Positions 11,857 to 25,121 of a DNA stretch of 64,000 nucleotides are shown piece by piece. The notes beneath the pieces were generated by a model, which had not been told where the DNA came from, ran no database searches, and was given only the letters and a program-made list of their open reading frames with translations. Source of the DNA: Squalus acanthias (lineage: Eukaryota); the NCBI GenBank assembly GCA_030390025.1, contig CM059427.1:170934001-170998000 (forward strand). Direction: 5' to 3'. Made by a program: the position numbers and the translations under genes. Every line of letters begins with the position of its first letter. Positions within the stretch are counted from its first letter, which is position 1.

Positions 11857-12862
11857 CTGTAGAAAGAAATACTTCTATGTTAATCAGGTGTGTCCATATT
11901 AACGTGCTATAAAAATACAGTATTTCTCTGTGAAAAGTTTCATGAGCAATTCACTGCAGGTTTTCTTCTTTATCCATTTGTTTGCTCATGCGAATCAAAA
12001 TACTAATTTTATAGATTACAGCTGCTAGTGTTACTATGATAATGTTATAAAATGAATTTTGCACTCGGAAGGGAAGAGTATATCAGAGATATTCATATCC
12101 TCTGAAAACAATAAAATGAAATACCTATTAATCTACATTGAAATTAAAACGGGATTGTACAAAAGTGTCAGAAGTTTTAAACAGTATGGCTGGATTTTTG
12201 AATTCTCATTTTCAACTTAGTGAACATCATTGTTTTATTTACTCAAAAATGAAAATATATGTATTTTAGTAGTTAGATTTGGATTTGTAAAGAGTAAGTA
12301 TATATTCATAATCACATTTCCTAAACTGGTTTCTTCCCTGTTCCAGTTTGATAATCAGTGCTCTAAATAAATGAATGGTTTCTAATTATTGAAATGACCA
12401 TGTCAACAGGTTAGCAGGATAAGCTTGAATTGTGGGATGAGGTTATCATAAAGTTTCTAGAGAACTCCTCAGCTCCCAGTTTCAACTGGTGCAATTATTG
12501 ACTCTTTGATCCCAATTTGCCACTTTCTTTGTAGAAATTATTCCCTCAAATGCTGATTCTGCCCTCTGCTCTTTTCGTAATCAGTAACTTGATCTGGCAT
12601 CATTAATACAACAGTATTGTTAAATTTTAATGATTATATAAAGGAATGTGAAGCCATCAAATCAAGCTAATGGATCATCAGATTTATTTTCAGATTAACC
12701 TGTAGCTGGTAAAAATTAATTTGTTTCTGGTTGGCTGGAAGGTTGTGGTGGACAAAGTCAAACACTAAATTATTAAACATATCATTGAAAAAAAATGATG
12801 GCACAATACATTAGCATCCTGCACCAGGTCATAGATTGCAAGACGTAGTTTTAAATACCAGC

Positions 12863-15010
12863 CTCAACTCACCTCGTCTCTTTCCTTTGATTTAATTTCC
12901 CTCCTGTCCTTCTTTAACTTCTCCCGCCATATAAACTCTCTTACCCATATTCACAGCCTACCCATCAAATTTGCCATCTCACATGGCCTCGTTACTCCCA
13001 TTGTCTTGATCACAGACAAGGCCATCTCCAGCCACTTACTTGTATCCCTCACCACCCACATCTTCCTACCCCCTTCCATCTCCACTTCCTTCCGTGTCCA
13101 CCCCAGAAAAAAAATCCGCCTAAGTCACTTATAATTGCACTTTAAAGCTGCAAACTGCCAAGCCTTTGACCTATTTTCCTCAATACTTCTGCAGCTATTA
13201 ACTTGCTCAACCGTTCGCTCATCTCCACCTTTGATGTTCTTGTCCACAGTACAGTCCTTACTCTCTCCTATTTTGGTATGGCCCCATCATCACTCCCTCA
13301 AGTCCAAGGGGCGCAGACTTGAGCACCTCTGGCGCACAACTGGTTTAAAACCATTTATTGCCAGATCTGGCTGGACCACATTGAACACAATCTGGCCTGT
13401 TCTCCTTCACCAAAACCGCTTACTATTCTCGGATCATCCTGGAAAGCAAAGGTAACACCCAGCTCCTTTTCTCCACTAAACCTTCTCCTTAAACCCCTGC
13501 CCCCTCCACCTGCACTTCCAACAAGTGCAAGGAGCTCATGGACTTCTTTGTCACTAGATTGAGACCAACCATTCAGTTGTTTCTGCTGCAGCACACTGCC
13601 ACCGTCCCCTCCCCTCACTTGTCCACCAAGCCAAACCTCCCTCATGGTTCCCTCCTGCCCTAGTCCTGAACTTGTGTTGTTTTCAAGTTTCTCTCCCATG
13701 TCCCTCCGTGCCCTTTCCGAGCTCATCTTTTTCATGAGACCCACCACCTGCTCTCTTGACCCTATTCGCACTAAACTGCTGACCTCCCAACTTCCCTTCC
13801 TGGCCCTCATGCTAGCTGACACGGTAAATGGTTCCTTCTCCTCAGTTACTCCCTCTCTCCCTTTTAAAACCGTCATCATCAACCCTCTTCAAAAACCCAC
13901 CCTCGATCCCTCTTGTCCTTGAAAACTATCACACGAGTGAAATGGTCCTAATCAAATTGACAAATAATGCCCTCTGTGATTCTAACATTGGTGCACTATT
14001 TCTTCTCGTCCTTCTTGATCTCCCTGCAGCTTTAAACACGGTTGACCACACCATCTTCCTTCAACGTCTCACTTCCACTGCCCAGCTCAGTGAGACTGCC
14101 CTCACTGTTCCACTCTTATCTATCTAGCCCCTTCCCTCACCATTACCTCTGGAGTCCCCCAAGGATCAGTCCTCAGCCACATCCTCTTCCTCATCTCCAT
14201 TATCCAACAACATGGGGTCAGGTTGCACATATATGCTGACGACACCCAGCTCTACTTCACCACCACCTCTCTCAAACCTTCCACTGCCTGTGTTGCCAGA
14301 CTGCTTATCTGACATTCAGTCTTGGATGAGCCACAATTTCCTGCAGTTGAACACTGAAGCTGTTGTCTTTGGCTCTTGCCACAAACTCCGTACTCTTGCC
14401 ACTGATTCCATGCTCCTCCCTGGCCGCTGTCTCAGGTTGAACCACACGGTTTGCAACATCGGCGTCCTATTTGAACCCTGGCTCAGTTTACAACCCCATA
14501 TCCCGTCCACCACAAAGACCGCCTACTTCCTCCGCTGTAATATTGCCCGTCATTACCCTGCCTCACTCCATCTGCTGCCTAAACCCTCATCTATGCCTTT
14601 GGCACCTCCAGACTCGACTATTCCAACACTCTGCTGGCCGGCCTCTCTTCCTTCACCCTCCGTTCAGCTTACCCAAAACTCTGCTGTCGCATCCTATCCC
14701 ACACCAAGTCCTGCTCACTTATCACCTTGTGCTCACTGACCTACACTAATCCCCCAGTCCCCCAACTCTTCAAGTTTAACATTTTCATTTAAAACTCAAG
14801 TCCCTCCACTCCCTATCTCGGTAACTTCCTACAACCACCGATAACTCTGCATTTCTCCAATTTTGGCCTCTTGTGCATCCCAAAATCCCCCGTGTTCCAC
14901 CATTGGCGACTGTGCTTTCAGTTGTATAGGCCCTAAACTCTGAAATTCCCTTCCTAAAACTGTCTCCTCCTTAAAAGCTACCTTTTTGACCAAGCTTTTA
15001 GTCATTCCTC
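12863..15010 (+). mobile_element. L2-clade LINE, 3' part (C-terminal endonuclease, RT, tail); many deletions and frameshifts
   Basis: ORF fragments PTTCSLDPI, LVLLDLPAALNTVDHTIFLQRL; ggagtcccccaaggatcagtcctc (GVPQGSVL); tatgctgacgacacccagctctac (YADDTQLY). Confidence 0.9.
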
Positions 15011-15019
15011 CTGATATAT

Positions 15020-15585
15020 TCTTCAACACTGTCCAAATCTCTGCTGCCCATATCCTAACTTGCACCAAGTCTCTTTCACCCATCATCCCTGGCCTACATT
15101 GGCTCCCAGTCCAGCAACACCTCAACTATAAAATTCTCATCCTTGTTTTCAAATCCCTCATGGCCTCTTACTCCCGATCTCTGTAACCTGCTCCAGCCTT
15201 ATAGACCTCCAAGATCTCTGCAAATCTGTCCTCTTGCGCACCCCGATTTTCAGTGTTTCACCAATGCCAGCCATGCCTTCAGCTTCCTAGGCTCCAAGCT
15301 CTAAAAATTTCCTCCCTAAACCTCTTTGCATCTTTACCTCTCTCCTCCTTCAAGATGTTCCTTAAAACCCATCTCTTTGACCAAGCTTTTGGTCACCTGT
15401 GGCTTGGTGTCAAATTTTGTTTTGAAAATGCTACTGTGAAGTGCCTTGGGACGTTTTAGTAGTTAAAGGCGCTATATAAATGCAAGTTGTTGTTGTGTTG
15501 ATTTGTGTCTGATTATGCTTCTGTGTAGCACCTTGGGATGTTTTTCTATGTTAAAGGTGCTATATAAATGTAAGTTGTTGATGTT
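15020..15585 (+). mobile_element. Second L2 3' fragment with two tandem tails
   Basis: GLHWLPVQQHLNYKIL, FKMFLKTHLF; tail gctatataaatg(c/t)aagttgttg occurs twice. Confidence 0.85.
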
Positions 15586-18500
15586 GAACATAACTGGGGT
15601 CCCTAAGCCTTGGGTCTACCAAGATGTGGAGATTGTGCATTCCATATTGGGCAAACAGGAACTCTAACTGCATAAATTTCTCAGTAGCTTGGTTTCGAGG
15701 TCCTTAAACAGGAGCTTGATTTCCTTGCATGTTAGACACTTGGCTGACCAAAAGTGAAGTCACACATGTGGACATCTAGAAGCTGTAATAAATTATTTTA
15801 TATTTATAGTTTCAATTGGGGCAGCAAATGAAAAATGAGCACTGACTCATAAATGCCAGCTAAATGTTATGCAGACGTAAGCAAAGCAACCCCCTCTAAT
15901 CATGTATCTGTTATACAAGAGGATGACTACATTAATTATTAAGTGTTTCAGATCAATACTGAAAGCAGCTTCAGATCCAGTCTTTATCATTTACACAACT
16001 ATAAGAAAGAGCTGGATAACCCTTTACAATTACAGGAAATTGCACTGCACTCGAGGACAATTACTGACTGCCTTAAGCACAGAAATGGCACTGCATTCAG
16101 GATATGCAGGCTGGCAATGTGAGTTGTATTGACCCTCCTAGAAATATCAATGTCTATTGCAAACTTTATTCCCCCACTGACTAGGAAACTATTTCTACTG
16201 TGCTGCATAAATACTCTCCATGTGTTTTTATTTATTATTTAAAATCTTGCATCCAATCTGTGCAGTGCTTCCCTCTATGACAGTTGGTTTTCGTTTATCC
16301 CTTTCTCAGCAGGGCAAGAGGATGCGCTTTTCCTGCTTAACCTTTAGGAGAGGCATACAGCTGGGATGAGAGGAACTCGATCTCCTCACTACCATCCAAA
16401 GCAACAGGAAGCCAATCCAAGCCATCCATAATTAGAATCTTCATGAAGAGCAGTGCTTAACTTTAACACCAACACTGGAGTTTGCTTGGCAATTAAATGT
16501 GTAACACTTGTCAAAGATACAATGATCTTTTGGATTTATAATGTTAAAAAAGCAAATAAATTTGTTGGATAAAAATGAAAGCAGGATTTCATTTCAAGCA
16601 CAAGTCTCACCATCAGGACTCCACTTAAAAATCAACCAACTAGTGGAATTAGCATCTTTGACATCCTTTAGATATTTTTCCCTGGGAAAATCATTGGAGA
16701 AACACCTTTGAGGAGTTTTAACCCTGATAGTATTGAATGAACACAAGCAGAGTGAACCTAGAACGCCCTGGGTTCACTGATGTTCAGCATCCATAGAAAC
16801 ATCAGAATCAATACAGATTTTGACATTGCTTTGATTTTTTCTGTCATTTCAGTTGATTTTTAAAAACAGTGAACACTGATGACATTAAAGTTGCTGCTGG
16901 CACCAGTGGTACAGGGGAACTGAATTAATATGATAGCTGAAGCTCTTTTGAGTTAATGATCGTGTCAACCAAAATTAATTCAGCTCCCTCAAAGACTGAC
17001 AAAATCAAGTACAATCCAAAGATGAAAGCCAGTATCATTGGTTTAAACAGTAATATTCAAAAGTCAACAAGAAATGGCAAGAAAAAGAAAAAATCCTTCA
17101 CAATCATATTATCAGTGATACAAACAGATAGAACAAGGAAAACAAGTGGAGTGCCCCGTACCTGAATATATTTGTAGCGAGGTGACCTCTGCCATTAGTT
17201 TATCTATGTTAGTGCCACCATGGTATTTTTAGGAAGAGCACTGTCCTCAGAATTTGTTTGTATAATAATCTACATTACTGAAGTCTCTAGTTGTGGCCGA
17301 CACTCCAGTTTGATTAACTGTTTGTGAAGTAGGAGTTCTCCCATGCTAAGTTGCATGGCCATTTAATCTTTCATACAAAAGGATGTTAGAAAACTAACAG
17401 CCTTGTCCATCCATGCCTCATTTGGAGTGAACCAATCAGCACAATAATCATCAGGTTTACTGAAGGAACCCGAGTATCCTTTTCGAAAACCCATGCTCAG
17501 CAGGAGGGATGAAAGAATTCAATTCCAGTGTCTTTTTATATCTGATGTAAAATGTTGTGAATTTTAACCAATTGAACAAGGAGAAAAGAAATGGCACACC
17601 TCCCACTCTCGGCCCCCCAAAAATATACATCAGTTTGAAAAGAAGAGGCAGTGGAAAGAACAAAAAGGAAAGAAATGAGTATAGAATAAAGGAGCAATCA
17701 TTGCATATATGCTCTAAACAGAAACAGATGTGGGTGGGGGAGGGGATAAGGTGGCATCGCACATGAAATCCAAAATCCTTCCAAATTTCACACCTGATCT
17801 TCACCCCATGTCTCTCTGGCAAATCTAGCGTCCTGTTGCAGACAGCGTGAAAGATTACTTCTATTTTTTTGGAAATTTGTTCATGGCCCTTATTCCCGGA
17901 TTGCTAAACACATTTTCAATCAATCACTCAGTTATCGCTGACTGGTAGGTTGAGAAATCTCTTAGCCAGTGCCACTGTGATGCCATCTGCACCCACCAAA
18001 CATCTCCTCACAAAAAGAAATGAGGATGTTGAACACTTTTGGGGAATTTTAAATGCTACCTTAATGGTGAAACTCTCTCATTTTTTTCCCTTTTCTTTTG
18101 AAGACAGTGGATGTAGTTTTGTGGGTACCAGTGACTGTCTGATACTTCATCCAAATAGCCATTCTTCACGTGCAAGCCTGGGGTGTTCAACAATCTAGCT
18201 GACAACAGTGGGTATCACAGCCAAGCCCAAACCTGTCCTCACTCACAAGTACTTCCCAACAGAGTCAGAAGCAGAAATCTGACTGATATTTCCTTTCCAT
18301 AGCTTGGGGAAGCCAAGGCCAACTGCAGCCCTCCACTGCCACACAGCTGAGATCAGCTCGACCAAGAAATAACTGTAATAAATCCCTATGCATCAGTTGC
18401 TCATCACATGGTGCACTTCAGCAATTGTGTTGTCCAGGGAGAACTTCAAACAATTGGTTAGCTACGCAAAGCAGATCCTTATCAAGTAAATTAGCTAGCC

Positions 18501-19463
18501 CAATTTTAAGATGGATTTCCCCTGAAATAACTAGATTTTTTTCATTATATTGGCCAGTGCCAATTATAAACACAGATAATTTGCGTCTAGACCTTGTGCT
18601 TTAAACAGACCTTTACAGTATCTCTTCTACACGGGGTTAAGATGGTGCAACGGGTTAGAACATAATGGGAAACATTCCGCTTTGGCACTTCTGGCGCAGG
18701 TGATATTTCAGGTGATATTTTTCTGGATGAAAAATTATAGACTGTGGGTGCGATATTCTCAGCAGGCATCAGGATCACAGAAGTGGAAAATTTACTCGAC
18801 AGTCCTTTCAAATCTGGGCTTGAGTTTGGATGCAGACAGAGCCTGATGGAATAGAAGTCCCCTTTCAACACTGGCTGTCCTGTGTAAAATGCACTTAGAC
18901 AGTCATGCAAGCCCACAGCACAAAACTGTCCAACATTTTGTCAACAATTGGCAATCTCAGAGAGGCCATAAATCTAGCTGCTCTGTGAAAATAAAATGTT
19001 AGTGGATGTAGTTTGGAGTTAACGCATGATGTTAGGCACAGTAGGAGCTTTATGTTGCATCAAACCTGTGTTGTAACTGAGCTGGAACATTTAACCTATG
19101 GCAAACTGGCAGACATTAGGTGCTAAAGCAGTGGGAAAAGTTCCCCACCATCAACAAGAAGAAAATCCACTGCAAAAAAATGCAGTGCAAACGTTAACAT
19201 GTCAAAACAGTTACTGGCTTTGACCCACTGCAATTTCTTTCTGAACTTTTGATTCATCTTTTCATTGACTCATCATTACAAAACAGGATCTTTTTCAATT
19301 TTGTTTTAACCAAATCAAGGTCACGCACCAGAACCAGATGTTTAACACAGTCATCCAATGCAGATGTCGACACAAAGCCATGAGCTCATGTCCCCAACTG
19401 TATTATACAATGCTACAGTACGAGAACAGCTCATTGGGTTGAGAGGGATTATCTTTCAGGATT

Positions 19464-20272
19464 CAAGGTTGAGTTGAGATGGAGGAGATTGATATTACCA
19501 AGGATAAAGAGTCACTCAGTGCAGAGGCTGAGGGTTGATATCGCTGGGAGAACCTCAGGATGGGGTTGAGAAGCAATTGAAAACAAGGATTTTGAGTGGA
19601 GTGGAATAAGGTGAGGTACTCAAAGCAGAAGGTGCTAGAGGAGTAGTGGGAAAGACCAAGGTGTGATTTGGTAATAAGCCACACCTGGGGTTTGGGCGAG
19701 GCAGTGCTGGAAAATACAGCCAGGCAGGGAAGTTGCAGTAAGGAGCAAAGTTTTGCATTCCATGAGACAAGTTTCAGTCAAAACCACGATAACAATGCAT
19801 TGTCCACAATAGGGTCGTGAATGACGAGGGCCGCGAGTGGACATTTTGGAGGGGCATCATTGTTCATCCACTGGCAGAGTCCTAGGGGATAGTTGTGTGT
19901 GGGGTGAGCGGAACAGGAAGGAGGTCTGCACGATTAGCCCTCAGCAGACACGCTGGGTAGGAAGGTTGGCGAGAGGATGGGACAGTTAAGGTTACTGAAG
20001 CCACGGGTGTTCCATTTAGCCCTTTAGAGAATGCCGAGAGAGGCACAGAGGGTAGCTGTGGGTTTTAATCCAGGTGGGATTCAAGCCTGGAACGGTGACC
20101 GGAGTAGGAAGGCAGAGGAGTAGTGATGTGTTGGGGGTAAAGATTGGGGGGGGGCCATAGGGACAAAGTATCTATGATCAGGAAATTAAAAGTGGTAGGG
20201 GTTACAGAAAGGGAAGGAGACAGGTAAGAAGGGACCAACAGGGGCCAGGAGAAAAAGGGGAGAAAAGACTAT
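19464..20272 (-). mobile_element. L2 LINE 5' part (N-terminal APE endonuclease)
   Basis: Minus-strand CIVIVVLTETCL and a decayed ILGDFNLH-like segment; probably continues at 20983-21660 beyond a nested CR1. Confidence 0.75.
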
Positions 20273-20980
20273 TGGGTCCTTGTACATGAAACACAAAAAG
20301 TTAGCATGCAGGTACAGCAAGTAATTAGGAAGGCAAATGGAATGTTGGCCTTTATTGCAAGAGGGATGAAGTATAAAAGTAGGGAAGTCCTGCTACAACT
20401 GTACAGGGTAGTGGTGAGACCACATCTGGAGTACTGCGTACAGTTTTGGTGGTCTTATTTAAGGAGGGATATACTTGCATTGGAGGCAGTTCAGCGAAGG
20501 TTCACTAGGTTGATTCTTGAGATGAAGGGGTTGTCTTATGAAGAAAGGTTGAGCAGGTTGGGCCTATACTCATTGGAGTTTAGATGAATGAGAGGTGATC
20601 TTATTGAAACATACAAGATTCTGAGGGGGCTTGACAAGGTAGATGCAGAGAGGATGTTTCCCCCCGTGGGGGAATCTAGAACTAGGGGGCATAGTTTCAG
20701 AATAAAGGGTCGCCCATTTAAAACGGAGATGAGGAGGAATTTCTTCTCTCAGAGGGTCGTGAATCTGTGGAAGTCTCTACCCCAGAGAGCTGTGGAGGCT
20801 GGATCATTGAATACATTTAAGGTGGAGATAGACATATTTGTGAACAATAAGGGAGTCAAGGGTTATGGGGAGCAGGCAGGGAAGTGGAGTTGAGGCTAAG
20901 ATCAGATCAGCCATGATCCTATTGAATGGCGGAACAGGCTTGAGGGGCCGAATGGCCTACTCCTGCTCCTATTTCTTATG
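20273..20980 (+). mobile_element. CR1 (HER1-like) LINE, 5'-truncated, nested in L2
   Basis: ORFs 20306 and 20588: RPHLEYCVQFW, RGDLIETYKIL, TRGHSFRI; CR1 3' UTR. Confidence 0.93.
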
Positions 20981-20982
20981 GG

Positions 20983-21660
20983 CTCTGGTCTGGAGTGACA
21001 CATAAGTAGGCACAGAGGAAGTTTAAGTTGCATAGGAAAAGCTAAGATTAGAAGAAATAAGTTCTAGTCGTAAACAGAGGACAGGGAGGAGTCCAAAGTT
21101 AAAGTCTGAAATTCATTGGTGGGATGAAGTTGACTAGTAGATGTTGTAGCCAGTTTGGAGAATCGACGAACCAATATCCAAGTTTGGAGACAGTTGTGGA
21201 GAGTGAGTGAATCCAGGAGAGGGAGTGAATCCAGGAGATGTTCGAGAAGCAGAATATCAATAGGTGCACTGCTGGATGTTGCCCAGTGAAAACAGAGGGC
21301 CGATGAGGAGATTAGAGTCAACCATGAGCCAGCAAAGGTCGATTCAGGGGTACAGTGTAGTGGCTTCAGGTGTTAGCAGTGCGCACCAGCAGATCCAGTA
21401 GACCAGCAGGTAAATGAGGAGCCGTGGAAGTGAAACCCATGGACTAAGAGCAGTGAAATGGAGTACGCCAGGGAGCAAAATGATAAATCCATGGAATCGG
21501 TGCAGATAAGGGAGCTGGACCAAGGAGCTGCTATAAGGAAGTGAGGATCACACGGAACAGCTGTAGAAGCTTGTGATGCCGGTCCAACCTAGTCCTGCTA
21601 AAGGTAATGGAGGAGTTCTGAAGGACCAGTGGAGTTGGCAACCAGAGGCAGCCAAGTCAT
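20983..21660 (-). mobile_element. Probable 5'-most portion of the same L2 element
   Basis: Same strand composition bias as 19464-20272 and directly flanks the nested CR1. Confidence 0.45.
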
Positions 21661-21666
21661 ACAATG

Positions 21667-22369
21667 TATGTCCTTGTGCACCAGTCGCTGAAGGTAAGCA
21701 TGCAGGTGCAGCAGGCGGTTAAGAAGGCAAATGGTATGTTGGCCTTCATAGCGAGAGGATTCGAGTACAGGAGCAAGGATGTCTTGCTGCAGTTGTACAG
21801 GGCCTTGGTGAGACCACACCTTGAGTATTGTGTGCAGTTTTGGTCGCCTTATCTGAGGAAGGATGTTCTTGCCATGGAGGGAGTGCAGCAAAGATTCACC
21901 AGGCTGATACCTGGGATGGCAGGAATGACGTATGAGGAGAGATTGGGCTTATACTCGCTGGAGTTTAGAAGAATGAGAGGGGATCTCATTGAAACTTATA
22001 AAATTCTAACAGGATTAGACAGACTAGATGCAGGAAGGATGTTCCCGATGGCCGGGGAGTCCAGAACCAGGGGTCACAGTCTAAGGATAAGGGGTAAGCC
22101 ATTTAGGACTGAGATGAGGAGGAATTTCTTCACCCAGAGAGTGGTGAACCTGTGGAATTCTCTACCACAGAAGGCAGTTGAGGCCAATTCATTAAATATA
22201 TTCAAGAAGGAGTTAGATATATTTCTTAAGGCTAAAGGGATCAAGGGATATGGGGAGAAAGCAGGGACAGGGTACTGAATTTGGATAATCAGCCATGATT
22301 TCATTAAATGGCGGAACAGGCTCGAGGGGCCGAATGGCCTACTCCTGCTCCTATCTTCTATGTTTCTAT
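21667..22369 (+). mobile_element. Young CR1 (HER1-like) LINE 3' fragment with uninterrupted ORF2 C-terminus
   Basis: ORF 21664..22278 (204 aa) RPHLEYCVQFWSPY...GIKGYGEKAG; tail ttctatgtttctatg. Confidence 0.95.
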
Positions 22370-23744
22370 GCGACCCCAATGGACATAATTTCTCACAATT
22401 AGTGTCATGCATACAGTTCCATCAGGTAACACACTGTCACTCAGTTCGCTAGAAGTGAGCACATGGGATGATACCACAAATTCATTACTTTAATATTAAA
22501 GAATGAAAAGCAAGCTGCAGGTGGTAATATTCAGAGTAAAGCCACTGGTATACAATACATGCTAGAACCCTGCATCACCTGAAGTATTTAAAAGCTCTGA
22601 ATCAATAAGCTATCTTGGTTAACAAAAGATCACAAATCAGAAACCTCTGTCCAAATGTGATATTATAGCTAATGTCAGGGCATAATTCTAAAGGTTACAG
22701 TGGCATTTTAGATTCTTTAAGCTAGCAATGCATTATTTCATCAAATATCAACTTGCCATTTTAAATAAAACATATTTAAACATTGGTCAGAAGAATGTCA
22801 GTAATCACAATGTCAAAAATCAACTATTTTCAAAATAGGTAAAAATCTTCCTCTGCCCAAAATAACTGCCACATTTATTATTTTAAGCTAACATCTCATC
22901 AAATATCTGCTTCGGTATATCCTGCTGGAAATGAAAGCCTCCTCTTTTCCCTTTAAATTTGCAATCAACAGGTTTCAGAAATATTAGTTCATTCTAAGAG
23001 CATGGCCAGTTTTGCTAGTTTAACTTAAACACTTGCACTTGGCACTCTCTATTAGAAGATAACAACACTCTATATTACAAGATCTTACAGTAATCCTGAA
23101 AGAGAACAAAACACAGTACAATACAAGCTGCACAATGGCACTGCAAGTGTCAAATGGTAGGGCATACTATTGTACTCCAATCTTTCACACGCTGAAGGAA
23201 TGAAAATCTTCCCCTGCCTGCTGTAAGGGTCCTAAATGAAATGAGTTTGTGCAATCCAATAGCAAATAAATTTCCCTGAATTGGCACAAGCTGGCTATTT
23301 CATTCAATGAGATCATACGTTGGTTAACATGGGAAGTGGAAAATGTTACACAAGTGTGGAAAAAGAGCTCTTTTGTGGTTGGGGCGGAGTAGAAGGAGAT
23401 TTACTCTTGACCTAACTGTGCTGTACCTGACTGGTAGTACTGACACCAGGTACCTGAAATTGAATGCGTTCCAATAACCAGCATTAATAGCCCTTACCCT
23501 GATGAGCACAAATTTCACAAAGAAAACTTAAAATTAAATAATAAAGATTGTCTCCTGGTACAGTTTTGACTTTTAATAACTGACATAGGCATACATTATA
23601 CAAGATTTCGCAGTTAAGCTCAATAGCTCATTTTCAGTGGGTTTCTGTCTACGGTAACTAATAGATACAATGAAGTACAGGAGACCAAGTGCGTATATTG
23701 ACACCTTCAAAATCTGTTCTGCTCTGTGATACAACAATGCTTTG

Positions 23745-24916
23745 TTTTGTTTCGCATGAGTCTTAATTTCCTCCAGCTCAACACTGGGAAGACCAAAACC
23801 ATTGCCCTCAGTGCCCACCATAAACTTCGCTCTCTTGCCGCTGATTCTATCACTCTCTCTGGCCACTCTCACAGGTTGAACCAGACTGTTCACAACCTGG
23901 CAGTCCAGCTGAACCCCGAGTTGAGCTCTGGCTCCGTCACAAAGACTACTTACTCCTGCCTCCACCCCTAAGCTCACCCTTCTCCTAAAACCTTTCTATA
24001 GAAACATAGAAGATAGGAGCAGGAGTAGGCCATTCGGCCCCTCGAGCCTGCTCCGCCATTCGATGAGATCATGGCTGATCATCCAAACTCAGTACCCTGT
24101 ACCTGCCTTCTCCCCATATCCCTTGATACCTTTAGCTTTAAGAAATATATCTAACTCATTCTTGAATATATTTAATGACTTGGCCTCAACTACCTTCTGT
24201 GGTAGAGAATTCCACAGGTTCACCACTCTCTGGGTGAAGAAATTCTTCCTCATTTCTGTCCTAAATGGCTTACCCCTTATCCTTAGATTATGACCCCTGG
24301 TTCTGGACTCTCCGACCATCGGGAACATTCTTCCTGCATCTAGTTTGTCCAGACCTGTCAGAATTTTATATATGCCATCATGACCTCCAGACTCAACTAC
24401 TCCTTGCTGGCCTCCCATCCTCATCCCTCCTTAAATGCTAATTTGACCCAAACTCTGTTGCACGTGTCCTGTCGCACATTAAGTCTCGCTCATCCATCAC
24501 CCCAGTCCTCGCTGTCCTACACTGGCTCCTCCAAGACTCAAGTTTAAATCCTATCCCTTGTCTTTAAATCACTCTTGCCTGATCCAACCCTATATTCATT
24601 CCTGTGCTCTGTATTCCTGACTCTGGGTTCTTGTGCATTCTACCCACCCCACCACAACCCCCATATTTTTACCCAACCACTGTAACCAGAGCCTTCAAGC
24701 ACCTTGGTCCTGCTCTCTGAAGTCCCTCCCTAAATCCTTCTGCCTCTCCACACCTCTCTCTCTTTTCCTGTAAAAACTTACCTCCTTGACCAAGCTTTCT
24801 ATCGACCCTCTTAATCTCTCCTTTTCTGGCTCGACATCCATCTTCTATACACCTGTCTGTGAAGTGCCTTGGGACTTTTTTATGTTAAAGGTGTTTAATA
24901 AATACAAATTGTTGCT
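23745..24916 (+). mobile_element. L2 3' fragment interrupted by an antisense CR1
   Basis: MSLNFLQLNTGKTK; resumes at ~24372 (acctccagactcaactac) and ends with an L2-type tail. Confidence 0.8.
23998..24370 (-). mobile_element. Young CR1 3' fragment, same subfamily as 21667-22369, inverted
   Basis: ORF 24089..24424(-) is nearly identical to the C-terminus of ORF 21664..22278. Confidence 0.95.
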
Positions 24917-24989
24917 TTGTGGTGTGTGTTTGAGTGAATAGTTACTAAAAGATTCATAATTATAATGTTTCTCCTCATTGTAACTTTAC

Positions 24990-25121
24990 CTGATAGATAT
25001 CCGACAGGCTGCTGCTCCCAGAGTCACTGGCAATACTGCACCCGGACTGGCTGGAAGGGACATGTGTCACCTGTGGATGTGGATTGTCTGTGAGGTGCAT
25101 CTTGGAAAGATCTGCAGGAAG
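24990..25121 (-). CDS. RAPGEF6: RAPGEF6 internal coding exon (132 nt, phase 0-0): [44 protein letters not shown]
   Basis: Manual translation; acceptor aatttttacag|CTT and donor CAG|gtaaag; LPADL.KMHL..NPHPQ and [10 protein letters not shown] are RAPGEF6-type. Confidence 0.93.

Noticed and set aside
11596-11902. Plus-strand Ser-rich ORFs
   Set aside because: Antisense shadow of the acidic RAPGEF6 exon
13355-13882. 175-aa minus-strand ORF
   Set aside because: Antisense reading of the L2 element
21664-22278. 204-aa open ORF as a host gene
   Set aside because: It is the CR1 ORF2 C-terminus, 5'-truncated, with no RT core or promoter
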